Assembly: GCA_949286215.1 (NCBI GenBank) | Contig: CASDYX010000003.1 | Location: forward strand, 46,537 to 110,536 | Source of the DNA: an uncultured Pseudomonadota bacterium | GTDB taxonomy: Bacteria > Pseudomonadota > Alphaproteobacteria > RF32 > CAG-239 | DNA length: 64,000 nt | Direction: 5' to 3' | In this document: positions 18,701 to 29,198 of the stretch, piece by piece | How the letters are laid out: each line of letters begins with the position of its first letter | Numbering within the stretch: position 1 is the stretch's first letter | Notes under the pieces: model-generated | What the model was told of the DNA's origin: nothing | The model's database searches: none | What the model saw: the letters and a program-made list of their open reading frames with translations, nothing else | Position numbers and translations under genes: made by a program

Positions 18701-20123
18701 TGCTTAATCTGACCTTATAAGAAAGAGTTGTTTTACCATTAGCCGGAACACTGACAAGCCACTCAGCCTTTTCGGCAGTTTTATCTTTTGCTGGAATATT
18801 TTCTTCCAACACTTTCCAAAGGGACCCAAAGCTCTGAACAAAGCTAACCGATTCGTTTTTATCCGATGCATTGCTAAAAGTGACCTCAATCAAAGCTTCA
18901 ACCGTATTTGACGCAACCTTTTGTACATTAACAACTTTTCCTTCAGCCATCAAATTAAAGGCTTTACCGAGTTTGAGTTCTGATTTTTCCCCGACCGCCA
19001 ATTGAGCAAACACATTTTCACCCAAGAAGGCTAAATTTTGCGATTGTTGCTTATCATAAAAACGAATAATACCTTGAGGCAACACTTCACCTAAGCCTGA
19101 ATTTTTATCATTGTTAAGTTGAACAATCACATCAGGTGTTTGTTTTTCAAAACTTCCCCCGGTTACACCGTTCCACAAATAAAGGGGCGACACAATTTTA
19201 TACTCTTTTTGATAAGTTACGTCTTTCTTTTCCAGCAAAGCCAATTGCTTTGACTGATTATTCAATACATCTGTTTTGAAAGGCAAAGTATAAAGATAGT
19301 AATTTCCAAGCGCCTGAGGTACTTGGTTAAGAGCCGTAGTTTTTTCCATTACGGCCATATCGGCATTTTGAGCTTTTGCCGACAACATCATCGCCCGCGG
19401 TTGAATACCGCTGTTGCTATTAACCTGATTAACTTCTCCTGCCACAAATTGTAATGAGGCATTTTTATAATCCGTTCCGGATTCATTATTCAGAGTAATC
19501 CACCCCAACAAATTTAGTTTATTATCACTCAACATTTCTGCCGTATAATCAACTTTCCAAGAAATCCCTTTAGTTAAATAAGATAAGCTTAAGGGTTGCT
19601 CTCCGCTCTTTTGAGTTATAACTTGCGTGGACAAGGTTGGAACCGAAACCAAACCATCTGGCAATTTATCAAAAATCAAACGCCCCGGAAAATTAATTTC
19701 GATACCATAGTCAAATTGCAAAACCGGTCGTCCATAACGACTATCAATTATCTTTGCCTCATCAAAAATTGTTTTTCCAGTTGCCTCATCAATAAGTGCT
19801 GTCTTCACGGTTTTGCCGATAGATGCATCGATAATATTCATCGGAGTTTGCAAATTATAGTTATAATTTTGCTCAATAACTTGAATATCCGCTCCTTTCA
19901 CAAAAGCAGTCTCTGGCAACATTTTTTCGGCAACATCATTAAAGACGATTGAATTTTCGCCATTTTGCAGAGTAAAATTGCGTACATCTTTTACCAAAGC
20001 CACGCCGCCGTTATAGATATTCAAAGCCACATCTGAGGATGAGCTTTCTGCCCAGCAAGGCAAAGCCAAGCTCAAAGAAATCAAACTAACGGCACTCAAA
20101 ACAGCAAAATTTCGCATAATCAA
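18681..20123 (-). CDS. exported protein, DUF4139/mucoidy-inhibitor-like family (tentative)
   Basis: Signal peptide MIMRNFAVLSAVSLISLSLALPCWA. The central region WKVDYTAEM...LLGWITLNNESGTDYKNASLQFVAGEV resembles conserved DUF4139 family blocks. Confidence 0.35.
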   Translation of the reverse strand: MIMRNFAVLSAVSLISLSLALPCWAESSSSDVALNIYNGGVALVKDVRNFTLQNGENSIVFNDVAEKMLPETAFVKGADIQVIEQNYNYNLQTPMNIIDASIGKTVKTALIDEATGKTIFDEAKIIDSRYGRPVLQFDYGIEINFPGRLIFDKLPDGLVSVPTLSTQVITQKSGEQPLSLSYLTKGISWKVDYTAEMLSDNKLNLLGWITLNNESGTDYKNASLQFVAGEVNQVNSNSGIQPRAMMLSAKAQNADMAVMEKTTALNQVPQALGNYYLYTLPFKTDVLNNQSKQLALLEKKDVTYQKEYKIVSPLYLWNGVTGGSFEKQTPDVIVQLNNDKNSGLGEVLPQGIIRFYDKQQSQNLAFLGENVFAQLAVGEKSELKLGKAFNLMAEGKVVNVQKVASNTVEALIEVTFSNASDKNESVSFVQSFGSLWKVLEENIPAKDKTAEKAEWLVSVPANGKTTLSYKVRLSSALNQN

Positions 20124-20267
20124 ATCCTCCTAAATCAAATTTATTACCAATATAATCGATAAAAAAACAAAAAAAAAGTGATAAAATGTGAATATTGCTA
20201 GACTCGTGGATATTATTGCCTTAATATCAAAACTAATTTAGTATTGCTCAAGAGAGGAGATTAGGAT

Positions 20268-20855
20268 ATGGCATGGACCGAGCAAATGATTGAAGACTTA
20301 AAACGGATGTGGGATGAAGGCCTGTCAACTGGGGAAATCGGCAAACGCTTAGGCGTAACCAAAAACTCCATTATTGGTAAAGTACACCGTTTGCAATTAA
20401 CGGCTCGCCCCTCTCCCATAAAGAAGAAAGAAGACGGTGCATCTTCCGCCCCAAAAGCCAAAGAAGCCAAAGCAACCAAGCCGGCACCCTCAAGCAAACA
20501 GGCTTCTGCCCCTAAGGCCTCTGCCCCAAGCACACCTAAAGCGACCCCTCAAGAGGCTCCCAAAGCTCCTAAGGAAGAACCAGAAGTTGCTCAAATTCCG
20601 GCAAAAGAAGAAATTGAGGAAATTTCTCCTAAGTTGGATCGTATTGAAACCATACGTAACTCTGTTCACGTTGACCACCCCAAAGGCAAGCATAAGACAA
20701 TGTTAACAGATTTGGACAATCACACTTGCCGTTGGCCGATAGGTGACCCCAAAGACGAAAACTTCCATTTTTGCGGCCGCAAAGTCAAAATCGGACAAAC
20801 CTACTGCGAAGAACACGCTGCCATAGCCTATGTTAAGGCCAACTCAAAAAAATAA
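20268..20855 (+). CDS. gcrA: cell-cycle regulator GcrA
   Basis: N-terminal MAWTEQMIEDLKRMWDEGLSTGEIGKRLGVTKNSIIGKVHRL and C-terminal CRWPIGDP...FCG...YCEEHA are highly characteristic of GcrA. A Pro/Ala/Lys-rich linker separates them. Confidence 0.85.
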   Translation: MAWTEQMIEDLKRMWDEGLSTGEIGKRLGVTKNSIIGKVHRLQLTARPSPIKKKEDGASSAPKAKEAKATKPAPSSKQASAPKASAPSTPKATPQEAPKAPKEEPEVAQIPAKEEIEEISPKLDRIETIRNSVHVDHPKGKHKTMLTDLDNHTCRWPIGDPKDENFHFCGRKVKIGQTYCEEHAAIAYVKANSKK

Positions 20856-20923
20856 ACTTTGCAAATTATTAACGAATTTGTGCTAAGTTTATAATAAACA
20901 AGTATTTATAAGGATTTAAGCAA

Positions 20924-21736
20924 ATGTCTATTGGAAGCCTTTTAGCCTTTTTGGCAGGTTGTGCAGTTGTAATTGGATCAATTTTGGCCGCCACGGATCG
21001 TCCAATGGCGTTTATCGATATTCCAAGTGTCATTATCGTTGTGGGTGGAACTTTTGCCGCTTCCTTTATTTCTTATGAAGCAAAGACAGCCTTAAGCGGA
21101 CTTAAACTTGGTTTAAGCACCTTCAAAAAGCACAAAGATTCGGAAAATTCCCTCAAAGATGAAGTTGGCCGCATTGTTCGCTGGGCCTACATCATTCAAA
21201 AAAATGGTCTGCAAGGCTTAGAAAATGAAATTACCGATGATTTGCGCGAAAGCAACGCCTTTTTAGCTTACGGCGCCGATTTGGTCGTTACGGGGTACAC
21301 CGGAGCCGAAATCAAACAAATTCTGGAACATATGTTGGAATCTCAGGCTGAGCGCAACAAACGCACCAGTGATGTTTTGATGAAATTGGGCGGCGATGCG
21401 CCGGCATTTGGTATGCTTGGTACCTTAATTGGTCTAATCATCATGCTGGGCAGCATGGGTGGCGACCCTTCAGCCATTGGTCCGAGTATGGCCGTCGCTT
21501 TGGTAACCACTTTTTATGGTATTATTCTTGCCCGTATCATTTTCATTCCGTTAGCAACCAAAGCCAACTCCCGTAATGATGTCACTTTATTTAAAAACAC
21601 CTTACAAATGGAAGGATTGGTCTTGTTAGCTGAACGTAAAAGCCCGCGCTACATTCAAGACAAAATCAACTCCTTTGTTGATACCAAAGAACAATTCCTG
21701 ATTGATAGAGATATGAACAATACCTCAGCTCAATAA
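20924..21736 (+). CDS. motA: flagellar motor stator protein MotA (MotA/TolQ/ExbB family)
   Basis: Four TM helices and the conserved C-terminal channel helix ALVTTFYGIILARIIFIPLA. Immediately followed by motB. Confidence 0.7.
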   Translation: MSIGSLLAFLAGCAVVIGSILAATDRPMAFIDIPSVIIVVGGTFAASFISYEAKTALSGLKLGLSTFKKHKDSENSLKDEVGRIVRWAYIIQKNGLQGLENEITDDLRESNAFLAYGADLVVTGYTGAEIKQILEHMLESQAERNKRTSDVLMKLGGDAPAFGMLGTLIGLIIMLGSMGGDPSAIGPSMAVALVTTFYGIILARIIFIPLATKANSRNDVTLFKNTLQMEGLVLLAERKSPRYIQDKINSFVDTKEQFLIDRDMNNTSAQ

Positions 21737-21751
21737 TTCAAGGAAACGAGC

Positions 21752-22411
21752 ATGAAAAAGAAACAAGCCGAAAAGATTGATGAAGATTGGATGTCCACCT
21801 ATGGTGACATGGTGACATTGTTGCTATGTTTCTTTGTCATGATGTTAGCCGCCTCCACCCCCGATGCTGCCAAGTTTGAACAAATTCAAGCCGGATTAAA
21901 CGAAGGCGTCGGCAAGCAAGAACCCCAACCTCGCCCAATAGAAATGATGATGGTTGAGTTAAGCGATGACATTCAGTCCATGGATGTTGAAGATAAGGTA
22001 GCCCTTGGCACAGACTCTCAAGGTATTGTGTTAGAATTTGAAGGAGACACCTTATTTGACTATGGTTCAGCAGTCATCAAAAAAGAGATGATACCGGCCC
22101 TCAAACGCATTGCCGCCACTCTTCAGTCTGAAAGATACAACAAATTCATATTCAGCATTGAGGGTCATACCAGCGATGAAAAATTCTCAAGCGCACAATA
22201 TCCATCAAATTGGGAATTGTCATCAGCACGCGCCGGCGCTGTTGCCCGTTTTTTTGAAGAAAGAGGCATTGACCGCGTCAGATTACGCACTTCCGGGTTA
22301 TATGATGTTTCGCCCAAATACCCAAACAAAGATCCGTTTGGTGAACCAATTCCGCAAAACCGCATCAAAAATCGCCGTGTAGTTATTCACGTTGAACCAT
22401 CCTATAACTAA
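21752..22411 (+). CDS. motB: flagellar motor protein MotB (OmpA-like C-terminal domain)
   Basis: N-terminal WMSTYGDMVTLLLCFFVMM (conserved Asp in the TM) and a C-terminal OmpA-like peptidoglycan-binding domain (NRRVVIHV). Confidence 0.75.
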   Translation: MKKKQAEKIDEDWMSTYGDMVTLLLCFFVMMLAASTPDAAKFEQIQAGLNEGVGKQEPQPRPIEMMMVELSDDIQSMDVEDKVALGTDSQGIVLEFEGDTLFDYGSAVIKKEMIPALKRIAATLQSERYNKFIFSIEGHTSDEKFSSAQYPSNWELSSARAGAVARFFEERGIDRVRLRTSGLYDVSPKYPNKDPFGEPIPQNRIKNRRVVIHVEPSYN

Positions 22412-22414
22412 GTC

Positions 22415-22996
22415 TTAAAAAAGATTTCCTTCCATCTGCCAAGAAGAGCCGTTCCACACCAACAAAAAGGCGGCACAATTAGGAATTTTATCAAAAGAGA
22501 AATTCAGTTTATTGAGCATAGCTGCCATTGTTCCGCCATGAATTGCAATCCCCATTTTCTGATAGGGTAAATTTTTCAATTCATCTAACACGGTCCATAC
22601 ACGATTTAGCGCTACATCTTTTCGCTCTCCGTTAGCAAAAGCAATATTCATATATTGCGGCTTACTCCAGTTATTAACGATTTCAGGACAAGAGTGTTGC
22701 AAATCCGCAATCAACTGCCCTTCGGCATCACCATAAAAACACTCCCGCAAATCATCTTTAATCACAACCGGCAAATGGAGCGCATCACCTAACACTTGCG
22801 CCGTATGTTTTGCCCGCACCAAAGGCGAGGAAAAGATAATTTCCAAATTTTTATCCTTCAGCTTTTCAATCAGCCCTTGCGCTTGGCGAACACCTGTTTC
22901 ATTTAAATCATAATCCATACCGGAACCTTGCCAACGCTTTTGCAAATTCAAATCGGTTTCACCATGTCTAAAAACATAAAACTCTTTTCTCATCAC
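22415..22996 (-). CDS. histidine phosphatase family protein (phosphoglycerate-mutase-like)
   Basis: Catalytic RHGETDLN motif at the N-terminus; 193 aa. Confidence 0.7.
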   Translation of the reverse strand: MMRKEFYVFRHGETDLNLQKRWQGSGMDYDLNETGVRQAQGLIEKLKDKNLEIIFSSPLVRAKHTAQVLGDALHLPVVIKDDLRECFYGDAEGQLIADLQHSCPEIVNNWSKPQYMNIAFANGERKDVALNRVWTVLDELKNLPYQKMGIAIHGGTMAAMLNKLNFSFDKIPNCAAFLLVWNGSSWQMEGNLF

Positions 22997-23310
22997 TCTA
23001 TTCCTTATTGTTTAGATTGTAATAAATATAAAAAATCACAAAATCTCACCCAACGCACGAAAAAAACACATTTTGTTACCTATCCTATCTATAAATTAAA
23101 AAAATTGTTATAAAAATGACAAGACCTAAAAAAATATTTTCTTGATTACTAAACAAATATTGCTAGTATATACCTAGGTTGTATTTATAAAAGAATAATT
23201 TACTTAAAGTTTTAATATAAAATATACTAAAAAAACACAAGCGATTAGACTTTGCAATACAGTCTCTTGAAACAAAGTATATCCAACCACTTTCAAAGGA
23301 ACTTAATCTC

Positions 23311-23607
23311 ATGAAAAAAATTCTATTAACCTTGATATTTTGCTTAGGTCTATCAGCATGCGCTATAACCAATACACCTGTTATTCATACTATTGAATTA
23401 AAAGACATGGATTATTCAAATATCGAAAACATAAAAGAAGGAGAAAGCTGTTCTTTTTCTATTTTAGGCTTAATAGGTCCGTTTGGTGATGTTAAATTAA
23501 CAGAAGCAATTAAAAACGGTCATATTACAAAACTAGCCAACTATGACGTAAACGCAAGAAATTATATTTTAATACAACGCTACTGCATTCGTGTATATGG
23601 CTATTAA
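23311..23607 (+). CDS. small lipoprotein, possibly TRL-like family
   Basis: Lipobox LSAC and a short beta-rich body (GESCSFSILGLIGPFGD...) of about 98 aa. Confidence 0.45.
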   Translation: MKKILLTLIFCLGLSACAITNTPVIHTIELKDMDYSNIENIKEGESCSFSILGLIGPFGDVKLTEAIKNGHITKLANYDVNARNYILIQRYCIRVYGY

Positions 23608-23625
23608 GTAAAAAAAATAGCCCAT

Positions 23626-23656
23626 AAAAAAAGCACCTTCATGGTGCTTTTTTTTC
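23626..23656. terminator. bidirectional rho-independent terminator
   Basis: Stem agcacc/ggtgct with an A-run upstream and T8 downstream. It lies between the lipoprotein gene and tRNA-Gly. Confidence 0.5.
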
Positions 23657-23660
23657 AAAA

Positions 23661-23734
23661 TGGAGCGGGCAACGGGAATCGAACCCGCATTATAAGCTTG
23701 GGAAGCTCACGTTCTACCATTGAACTATGCCCGC
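23661..23734 (-). tRNA. tRNA-Gly (anticodon CCC)
   Basis: The reverse complement folds as a 74-nt cloverleaf: acceptor GCGGGCA/TGCCCGC, D-arm GTTC/GAAC, anticodon loop TTCCCAA, T-loop TTCGATT, encoded CCA. It is near-identical in layout to enterobacterial glyU. Confidence 0.85.
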
Positions 23735-23810
23735 AACAGCTTCTTATAAATAAAACATTCTTTGCTACTTCGCAAGTCCTACTTACACAAAAGCCACAAA
23801 AAACTTCAAG

Positions 23811-24110
23811 CTACTTCAAACTTGTGCCCACATTCTGCGTCAACAAAGCGGTTGCATTACGATATGCGGTATTTTGTAAAAAATCATCTCTGATTTTGAG
23901 TTTTTCTAAACAAGTTTCTGCCACCTTGCGAACAGTTGCCTCGTTACCATACATCGCAACAGTTCCGTCTTGCAGAGCCGAATTCACCTCATCACGCAAA
24001 CAAACATTGAGTTGCCCCAACGGCGTTAACGGGGTTTTATTTCCCTGCCCCCAAAGAGCACAACCACTCATAAGCACACAAGCCAATATGAGAATTTTAT
24101 TTTTAGACAT
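23811..24110 (-). CDS. hypothetical lipoprotein (99 aa)
   Basis: Signal peptide with lipobox LMSGC. Confidence 0.4.
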   Translation of the reverse strand: MSKNKILILACVLMSGCALWGQGNKTPLTPLGQLNVCLRDEVNSALQDGTVAMYGNEATVRKVAETCLEKLKIRDDFLQNTAYRNATALLTQNVGTSLK

Positions 24111-24450
24111 TTTGCCCTCACTTATCTATCTTTTATCAAGATAACCTAAAATTTATTAAAAAGCGCTAAATTCGCGGAATAATAAGCACAAAACCAAAAA
24201 TTTTGCAACAATTTTCCACAACGCCCCATGAAACGAGCAACCCCTTGCTCCGATTCGCTTTGAGTCATATTTTATTGGCTAGAATATGCATTTTTTAATA
24301 GATTTTTGAGAAATAACGTGCTATAAAACCGCCCATATAGATGGAAAGATTCTATATTCCAGTTAACCAAGCCGGAGGATTAGGCATAAAACTGTCTATT
24401 TTGAAGGCTCTTTTTGTGTTTTTTAACACCAACCATATAAGGAAATATAT

Positions 24451-27400
24451 ATGTCAGATGTAAAGATGAAAATGATGGATGGTAACGAAGCCGCTGCTTC
24501 TGTTGCCCACCGCATGAATGAAGTCTGCGTTATTTACCCGATTACCCCGTCTTCACCGATGGGCGAATGGGCAGATGCGTGGTCTGCCGCCAAACAGAAA
24601 AACCTGTGGGGCGTTGTTCCTGAAGTTCAAGAAATGCAATCCGAAGCTGGTGCTGCCGGTGCTTGCCACGGTTCAATCCAAGCAGGTGCTTTAACCACCA
24701 CCTTTACGGCTTCTCAAGGCTTACTCTTGATGATTCCGAACATGTACAAAATTGCCGGTGAACTTTCTCCGTTTGTAATGCACGTTGCCGCACGTTCTTT
24801 GGCATATCATGCTTTGTCAATTTTCGGTGACCACACTGACGTAATGGGCTGCCGTCAAACCGGTTTTGCAATGCTTTGCTCAAACTCTGTACAAGAAGCT
24901 CACGATATGGCCGCCATTGCACAAACCTCTACCTTGCGTAGCCGCGTACCGTTTATGCACTTCTTTGACGGTTTCCGTACTTCTCACGAAATCAAAAAAA
25001 TCAAATTGCTCTCTGATGACGATTTACGCGCTATGTTAGAAGGCGTTGATTATGCATTCAATGCCAAACATGCTCTTCGTCCGGAATCTCCGGTTATCCG
25101 CGGTACAGCTCAAAACCCGGATGTATTCTTCCAAGGACGTGAGGCTTCTAATCCTTACTACAATAAGGTTGAAGGCATTGTTCAAGAAGAAATGGATAAA
25201 TTTGCCAAAATCAGCGGCCGCCAATACCATGTTGTTGACTATGTTGGTGCTCCTGATGCCGAACAAGTTATCGTAATTATGGGTTCTGGTGCTGAAACCG
25301 TTGAAGAAACCATCAATTACCTCAACGCTCAAGGCGCAAAATTAGGTGTAATGAAAGTACACCTCTATCGTCCTTTCCCAGAAAAATCTTTCCTCAAAGC
25401 TTTGCCGAAATCTGTTAAAGTTGTATCTGTTTTGGATAGAACCAAAGAATCAGGCTCAACCGGTGAACCTTTGTACTTAGACGTAGTTGCCACCTTGAAC
25501 CAAGCATTTGCCAACGGCGAAATTGCTTCTATGCCGAAAATCTACGGCGGTCGTTATGGCTTGTCTTCAAAAGAATTCACCCCGGGCATGGTTAAAGCTG
25601 TTTATGACAATGGCTTTGCCGCTCACCCGATTAACGGCTTCTCTGTTGGTATTAATGATGATGTCAACAAGACCTCTTTGCCGTTTGATGATTCGATTGA
25701 CACCGAACCTAAAGATGTTGTTCGTGCCGTATTCTATGGCTTGGGCGCAGATGGTACGGTTGGTGCCAACAAGAACTCCATTAAAATTATTGCTGAAGAT
25801 GCCGGCAAATACGGACAAGGTTATTTCGTATATGACTCACGTAAATCCGGTTCTATGACCACTTCACACTTACGTTTCTCGGACAATCCGATTAAATCGG
25901 CTTATTTGATTAACAAAGCAGACTTTGTTGCCTGCCACCAATTCCCGTTCATGCGTAAGGTTGACATTTTAAAAATTGCCAAACCGGGCGCAACCTTCTT
26001 GTTAAACGCACCTTACAGTGCTGAAGAAGTATGGGATCATCTTCCGATTGAAGTTCAAGAAGAAATCATCAATAAGAAATTGAAATTCTACACCATTAAC
26101 GCTGTAGAAGTTGCTCGTGCAACCGGAATGGGTCAACGCATTAACACCGTAATGCAGACCTGCTTCTTTGCAATTTCTAACATTTTGCCGAAAGATGAAG
26201 CAATTGCACAAATCAAAAATGCAATTAAGAAAACTTACAGCAAAAAAGGTGATGCAATCGTTCAAAAGAACTTCCAAGCTGTTGATGCTTCTTTGGAACA
26301 CCTGCATGAAGTTAACTATCCAGACCATGTAACTTCCAACTTCCACCGTTCATTGCCTGTTCCGGCTGATGCTCCTGAGTTTGTTAAAAAGCTCACAGGT
26401 GAAATCATTGCTGACCGTGGTAATGAATTACCGGTTTCTGCTTTCAGCGAAGTTGTTGATGGTACATGGCCGACCGGAACCACCAAATTTGAAAAACGTT
26501 GCATTGCAACCGAAATTCCGGTTTGGGATCCTGATACATGTATTCAATGCGGTAAATGCTCACTCGTTTGCCCGCACGGCGTAATTCGTATGAAAGTTGC
26601 CTCTGAAGAAGAGCTCAAAAACGCTCCTCAAGGCTTCAAATCTGCCGCTTACAAAGGTAAAGAATTCGCTGGTAAACAATTCATCTGGCAAATGTCTCCG
26701 GAAGACTGCACAGGTTGCGGTATCTGCGTCAGCGCTTGCCCGGCTAAAAACAAAGCTGATCCTTCTAAGAAAGCCATCAATATGGATCATATTGAAAACC
26801 ACTTGGAAGAACAAGTTGCTTGCTGGAAGTTCTTTGAAACTCTGCCTTACGTAAAACGTACCGAAGTTGTTAAGAACTTGCCGAAGACCACCCAATTAAT
26901 TCAACCTTTGTTTGAATTCTCTGGTGCTTGCGCCGGCTGTGGTGAAACGCCTTATGTTAAATTGTTGACCCAATTGTTTGGTGACAGAATGGTTGTTGCC
27001 AATGCAACCGGATGCTCTTCAATTTACTCTGGTAACTTACCGACCACACCTTATGCAAAAGACGAAAAAGGACATGGTCCGGCTTGGGCAAACTCTTTGT
27101 TTGAAGACAACGCCGAATTTGGTTTGGGTATGAGATTTTCTATCGACCAACAAACCCACTTTGCACAAACCTTGCTTGAAGGTCTGAAAGACAAAGTCGG
27201 TGCTGAATTGGTTGAAAAGATTACTTCTAACCCGCAAAAGACCGATGCTGAAATTGATGCTCAACGCGACCTCGTCAAAGCCTTGAGAGAAAAATTAGCC
27301 TCTATCAACACTGAAGAAGCTAAACACCTCGACAAATTGGCTGACTACCTGATTAAGAAATCTGTATGGATTTTAGGTGGTGACGGTTGGGCTTATGATA

Positions 27401-28020
27401 TTGGCTTCGGCGGTCTTGACCATGCAATTGCCTCTGGCAAAAACATCAACATCTTGGTAATGGATACAGGTGTATATTCTAACACCGGTGGTCAACAATC
27501 CAAGGCTACCCCGATGGGTGCAAGTGCCAAATTTGCAACTGCCGGCAAGTCCTTACCGAAGAAAGATTTGGGTATGATTGCCATGTCTTATGGTAATGTT
27601 TACGTTGCTCAAGTTGCCTTTGGTGCTAACGATACTCAAGTAATCAAAGCTTTGAACGAAGCAGAAGCTTATGATGGACCGTCTTTGGTTATCTGCTACT
27701 CACACTGTATTGCTCAAGGCTTCAACTTGGCTGATGGTTTACAACACCAAAAAGACGCCGTTGAAACTGGTTCTTGGCCTTTGTATCGTTACAATCCGGA
27801 CAACATTGCTCAAGGCAAAGCTCCTCTGACTTTGGACTCCAAAGCTCCGAGCAAACCTTTGTCTGACTATATGTCCAACGAGACCCGCTTCCAAATCGTT
27901 AACAAGATGAATCCTGAACGTTATGAAACCTTGTTGAATAAGGCTCAGGAGAACGTTAAAGAAAAACGGTCTTTGTATGAACACATGGCTGAATTTGCAA
28001 TCAAAGAAGGTGCTGAATAG
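24451..28020 (+). CDS. nifJ: pyruvate:ferredoxin (flavodoxin) oxidoreductase, single-polypeptide NifJ/PFOR type
   Basis: 1189 aa with two 4Fe-4S ferredoxin motifs (CIQCGKCSLVCP, CTGCGICVSACP) and a TPP-binding domain (GGDGWAYDIG). Domain order is that of homodimeric PFOR. Confidence 0.9.
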   Translation: MSDVKMKMMDGNEAAASVAHRMNEVCVIYPITPSSPMGEWADAWSAAKQKNLWGVVPEVQEMQSEAGAAGACHGSIQAGALTTTFTASQGLLLMIPNMYKIAGELSPFVMHVAARSLAYHALSIFGDHTDVMGCRQTGFAMLCSNSVQEAHDMAAIAQTSTLRSRVPFMHFFDGFRTSHEIKKIKLLSDDDLRAMLEGVDYAFNAKHALRPESPVIRGTAQNPDVFFQGREASNPYYNKVEGIVQEEMDKFAKISGRQYHVVDYVGAPDAEQVIVIMGSGAETVEETINYLNAQGAKLGVMKVHLYRPFPEKSFLKALPKSVKVVSVLDRTKESGSTGEPLYLDVVATLNQAFANGEIASMPKIYGGRYGLSSKEFTPGMVKAVYDNGFAAHPINGFSVGINDDVNKTSLPFDDSIDTEPKDVVRAVFYGLGADGTVGANKNSIKIIAEDAGKYGQGYFVYDSRKSGSMTTSHLRFSDNPIKSAYLINKADFVACHQFPFMRKVDILKIAKPGATFLLNAPYSAEEVWDHLPIEVQEEIINKKLKFYTINAVEVARATGMGQRINTVMQTCFFAISNILPKDEAIAQIKNAIKKTYSKKGDAIVQKNFQAVDASLEHLHEVNYPDHVTSNFHRSLPVPADAPEFVKKLTGEIIADRGNELPVSAFSEVVDGTWPTGTTKFEKRCIATEIPVWDPDTCIQCGKCSLVCPHGVIRMKVASEEELKNAPQGFKSAAYKGKEFAGKQFIWQMSPEDCTGCGICVSACPAKNKADPSKKAINMDHIENHLEEQVACWKFFETLPYVKRTEVVKNLPKTTQLIQPLFEFSGACAGCGETPYVKLLTQLFGDRMVVANATGCSSIYSGNLPTTPYAKDEKGHGPAWANSLFEDNAEFGLGMRFSIDQQTHFAQTLLEGLKDKVGAELVEKITSNPQKTDAEIDAQRDLVKALREKLASINTEEAKHLDKLADYLIKKSVWILGGDGWAYDIGFGGLDHAIASGKNINILVMDTGVYSNTGGQQSKATPMGASAKFATAGKSLPKKDLGMIAMSYGNVYVAQVAFGANDTQVIKALNEAEAYDGPSLVICYSHCIAQGFNLADGLQHQKDAVETGSWPLYRYNPDNIAQGKAPLTLDSKAPSKPLSDYMSNETRFQIVNKMNPERYETLLNKAQENVKEKRSLYEHMAEFAIKEGAE

Positions 28021-28039
28021 TCCTTCCCGCAAATGAAAA

Positions 28040-28070
28040 ATACCCCGAAGCAATTCGGGGTATTTTTTTT
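28040..28070 (+). terminator. rho-independent terminator of the PFOR gene
   Basis: Stem ataccccgaa/ttcggggtat followed by T8. Confidence 0.55.
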
Positions 28071-28077
28071 GCACAAA

Positions 28078-28110
28078 AAAACAGGTTGCTCCTCAAATAG
28101 CAACCTGTTT
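28078..28110 (-). terminator. rho-independent terminator for the minus-strand 28119..30224 operon
   Basis: Stem aacaggttgct/agcaacctgtt followed on the minus strand by a U-run. Confidence 0.45.
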
Positions 28111-28118
28111 CGTTAGAA

Positions 28119-28724
28119 TTAATAATAAATACATCCCTTACAAAGGCAGAGCTTTCCGAGCCGAACGCCATGTTTGAGCTTGGTTTTCAAAGCCTTTCCG
28201 CCAACAATCGGAAACGTATCCACCTTTTGATTAGGATTCAAATTAAGCCATTTGTGCACATTGCACCACAAACCGTTATGATTAGGTGTCAACACATCAA
28301 CCAATCCATGAGGCGATGGCACCAAAACACGGTAAATCACATCATCTATTGGGGCCATTTTTTGAATTTCACCAAAAGAATAATTACTTTCTGCGAAGTG
28401 AATATGTTCTAAAATATTGTCTTCTTTAGTGTAAAATTGCTCTGGTTTAAAATAAATTTTACCAAGCGTCTCATCAAATTTTACCAAAGGAACAAACACT
28501 TCACCAATATTCTTTCGTTCAATAATCTCCCGATAGAAAAACCTCCCCAAATAATCCTGATAAACATCCACCTCTAACATTCTGTTTCCAAAATGAAGTT
28601 GCCAAATATCCAAAGGAACATTTTTAAGAAGTTTTTTGTGGCTAGCTTTACAAATTTTTTTCATAAAAATAAAAAAACAGAACTCCCCAGCCACTATCAG
28701 CCAGGGAGTCCAACAGTAAAACAA
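28119..28724 (-). CDS. hypothetical protein (201 aa; likely start at MKKICK)
   Basis: Contiguous with the upstream gene (stop at 28725, start at 28724). No domain recognised. Confidence 0.4.
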   Translation of the reverse strand: MFYCWTPWLIVAGEFCFFIFMKKICKASHKKLLKNVPLDIWQLHFGNRMLEVDVYQDYLGRFFYREIIERKNIGEVFVPLVKFDETLGKIYFKPEQFYTKEDNILEHIHFAESNYSFGEIQKMAPIDDVIYRVLVPSPHGLVDVLTPNHNGLWCNVHKWLNLNPNQKVDTFPIVGGKALKTKLKHGVRLGKLCLCKGCIYY

Positions 28725-29189
28725 TTATTTTCTTCGAGCCTCAAAGACTGTTAGAATATGCCCGATTGCGGCATATCTGGTCTTTTCGGAATGTGTCATT
28801 TGAGCTTTTCCGCCAAGAGTTTTCCACTCTTTACGGAAATTCTCAAGCTGTTTTTCGTTTTTTGGCAGCAAATCCTTAAATCCTCGCAACACTGCATCGG
28901 TTTGAGAATATGTTTTTTTCGCATAGAAGCGGCGTGACTTCATCAAAGGCGGTTCTTCCACCTTGATAACTTCTTCTTCAAACACTTCTTCTTCCGTTTC
29001 AGGCATATCGTCCTCTGGTTCATCACTTACGGGAAAATCCTCATCTTTTAATTCTGACTTCCGAGAGCGAATTTGATATACCCCAAAAATTACCAATACG
29101 ACAATGCAGATGAGCAATAAAGCATATGCCCATTCATGCAAAAAAGAATAAATTGTTTCCATTTTTTTTAGATTTTTATAGTTAAACAA
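28725..29189 (-). CDS. membrane-anchored acidic hypothetical protein
   Basis: One N-terminal TM helix followed by a Glu-rich segment. Confidence 0.4.
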   Translation of the reverse strand: MFNYKNLKKMETIYSFLHEWAYALLLICIVVLVIFGVYQIRSRKSELKDEDFPVSDEPEDDMPETEEEVFEEEVIKVEEPPLMKSRRFYAKKTYSQTDAVLRGFKDLLPKNEKQLENFRKEWKTLGGKAQMTHSEKTRYAAIGHILTVFEARRK

Positions 29190-29198
29190 TGAGATTTT

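Noticed and set aside
20924-22411. Possibility that the MotA/MotB-like pair is a Zorya (ZorAB) defence module
   Set aside because: The proteins are the standard size (270 and 219 aa) with no long ZorA tail, there are no zorC/D/E genes, and the pair sits next to gcrA in a flagellar-gene-rich genome. They are ordinary stator proteins.
23641-24144. 167-aa plus-strand ORF
   Set aside because: It overlaps tRNA-Gly on the opposite strand and a well-supported minus-strand lipoprotein gene, and has no coding signal.
24704-27264. Several 70-115 aa ORFs on both strands inside the PFOR gene
   Set aside because: They are embedded in or antisense to a 1189-aa ORF with unmistakable PFOR motifs.
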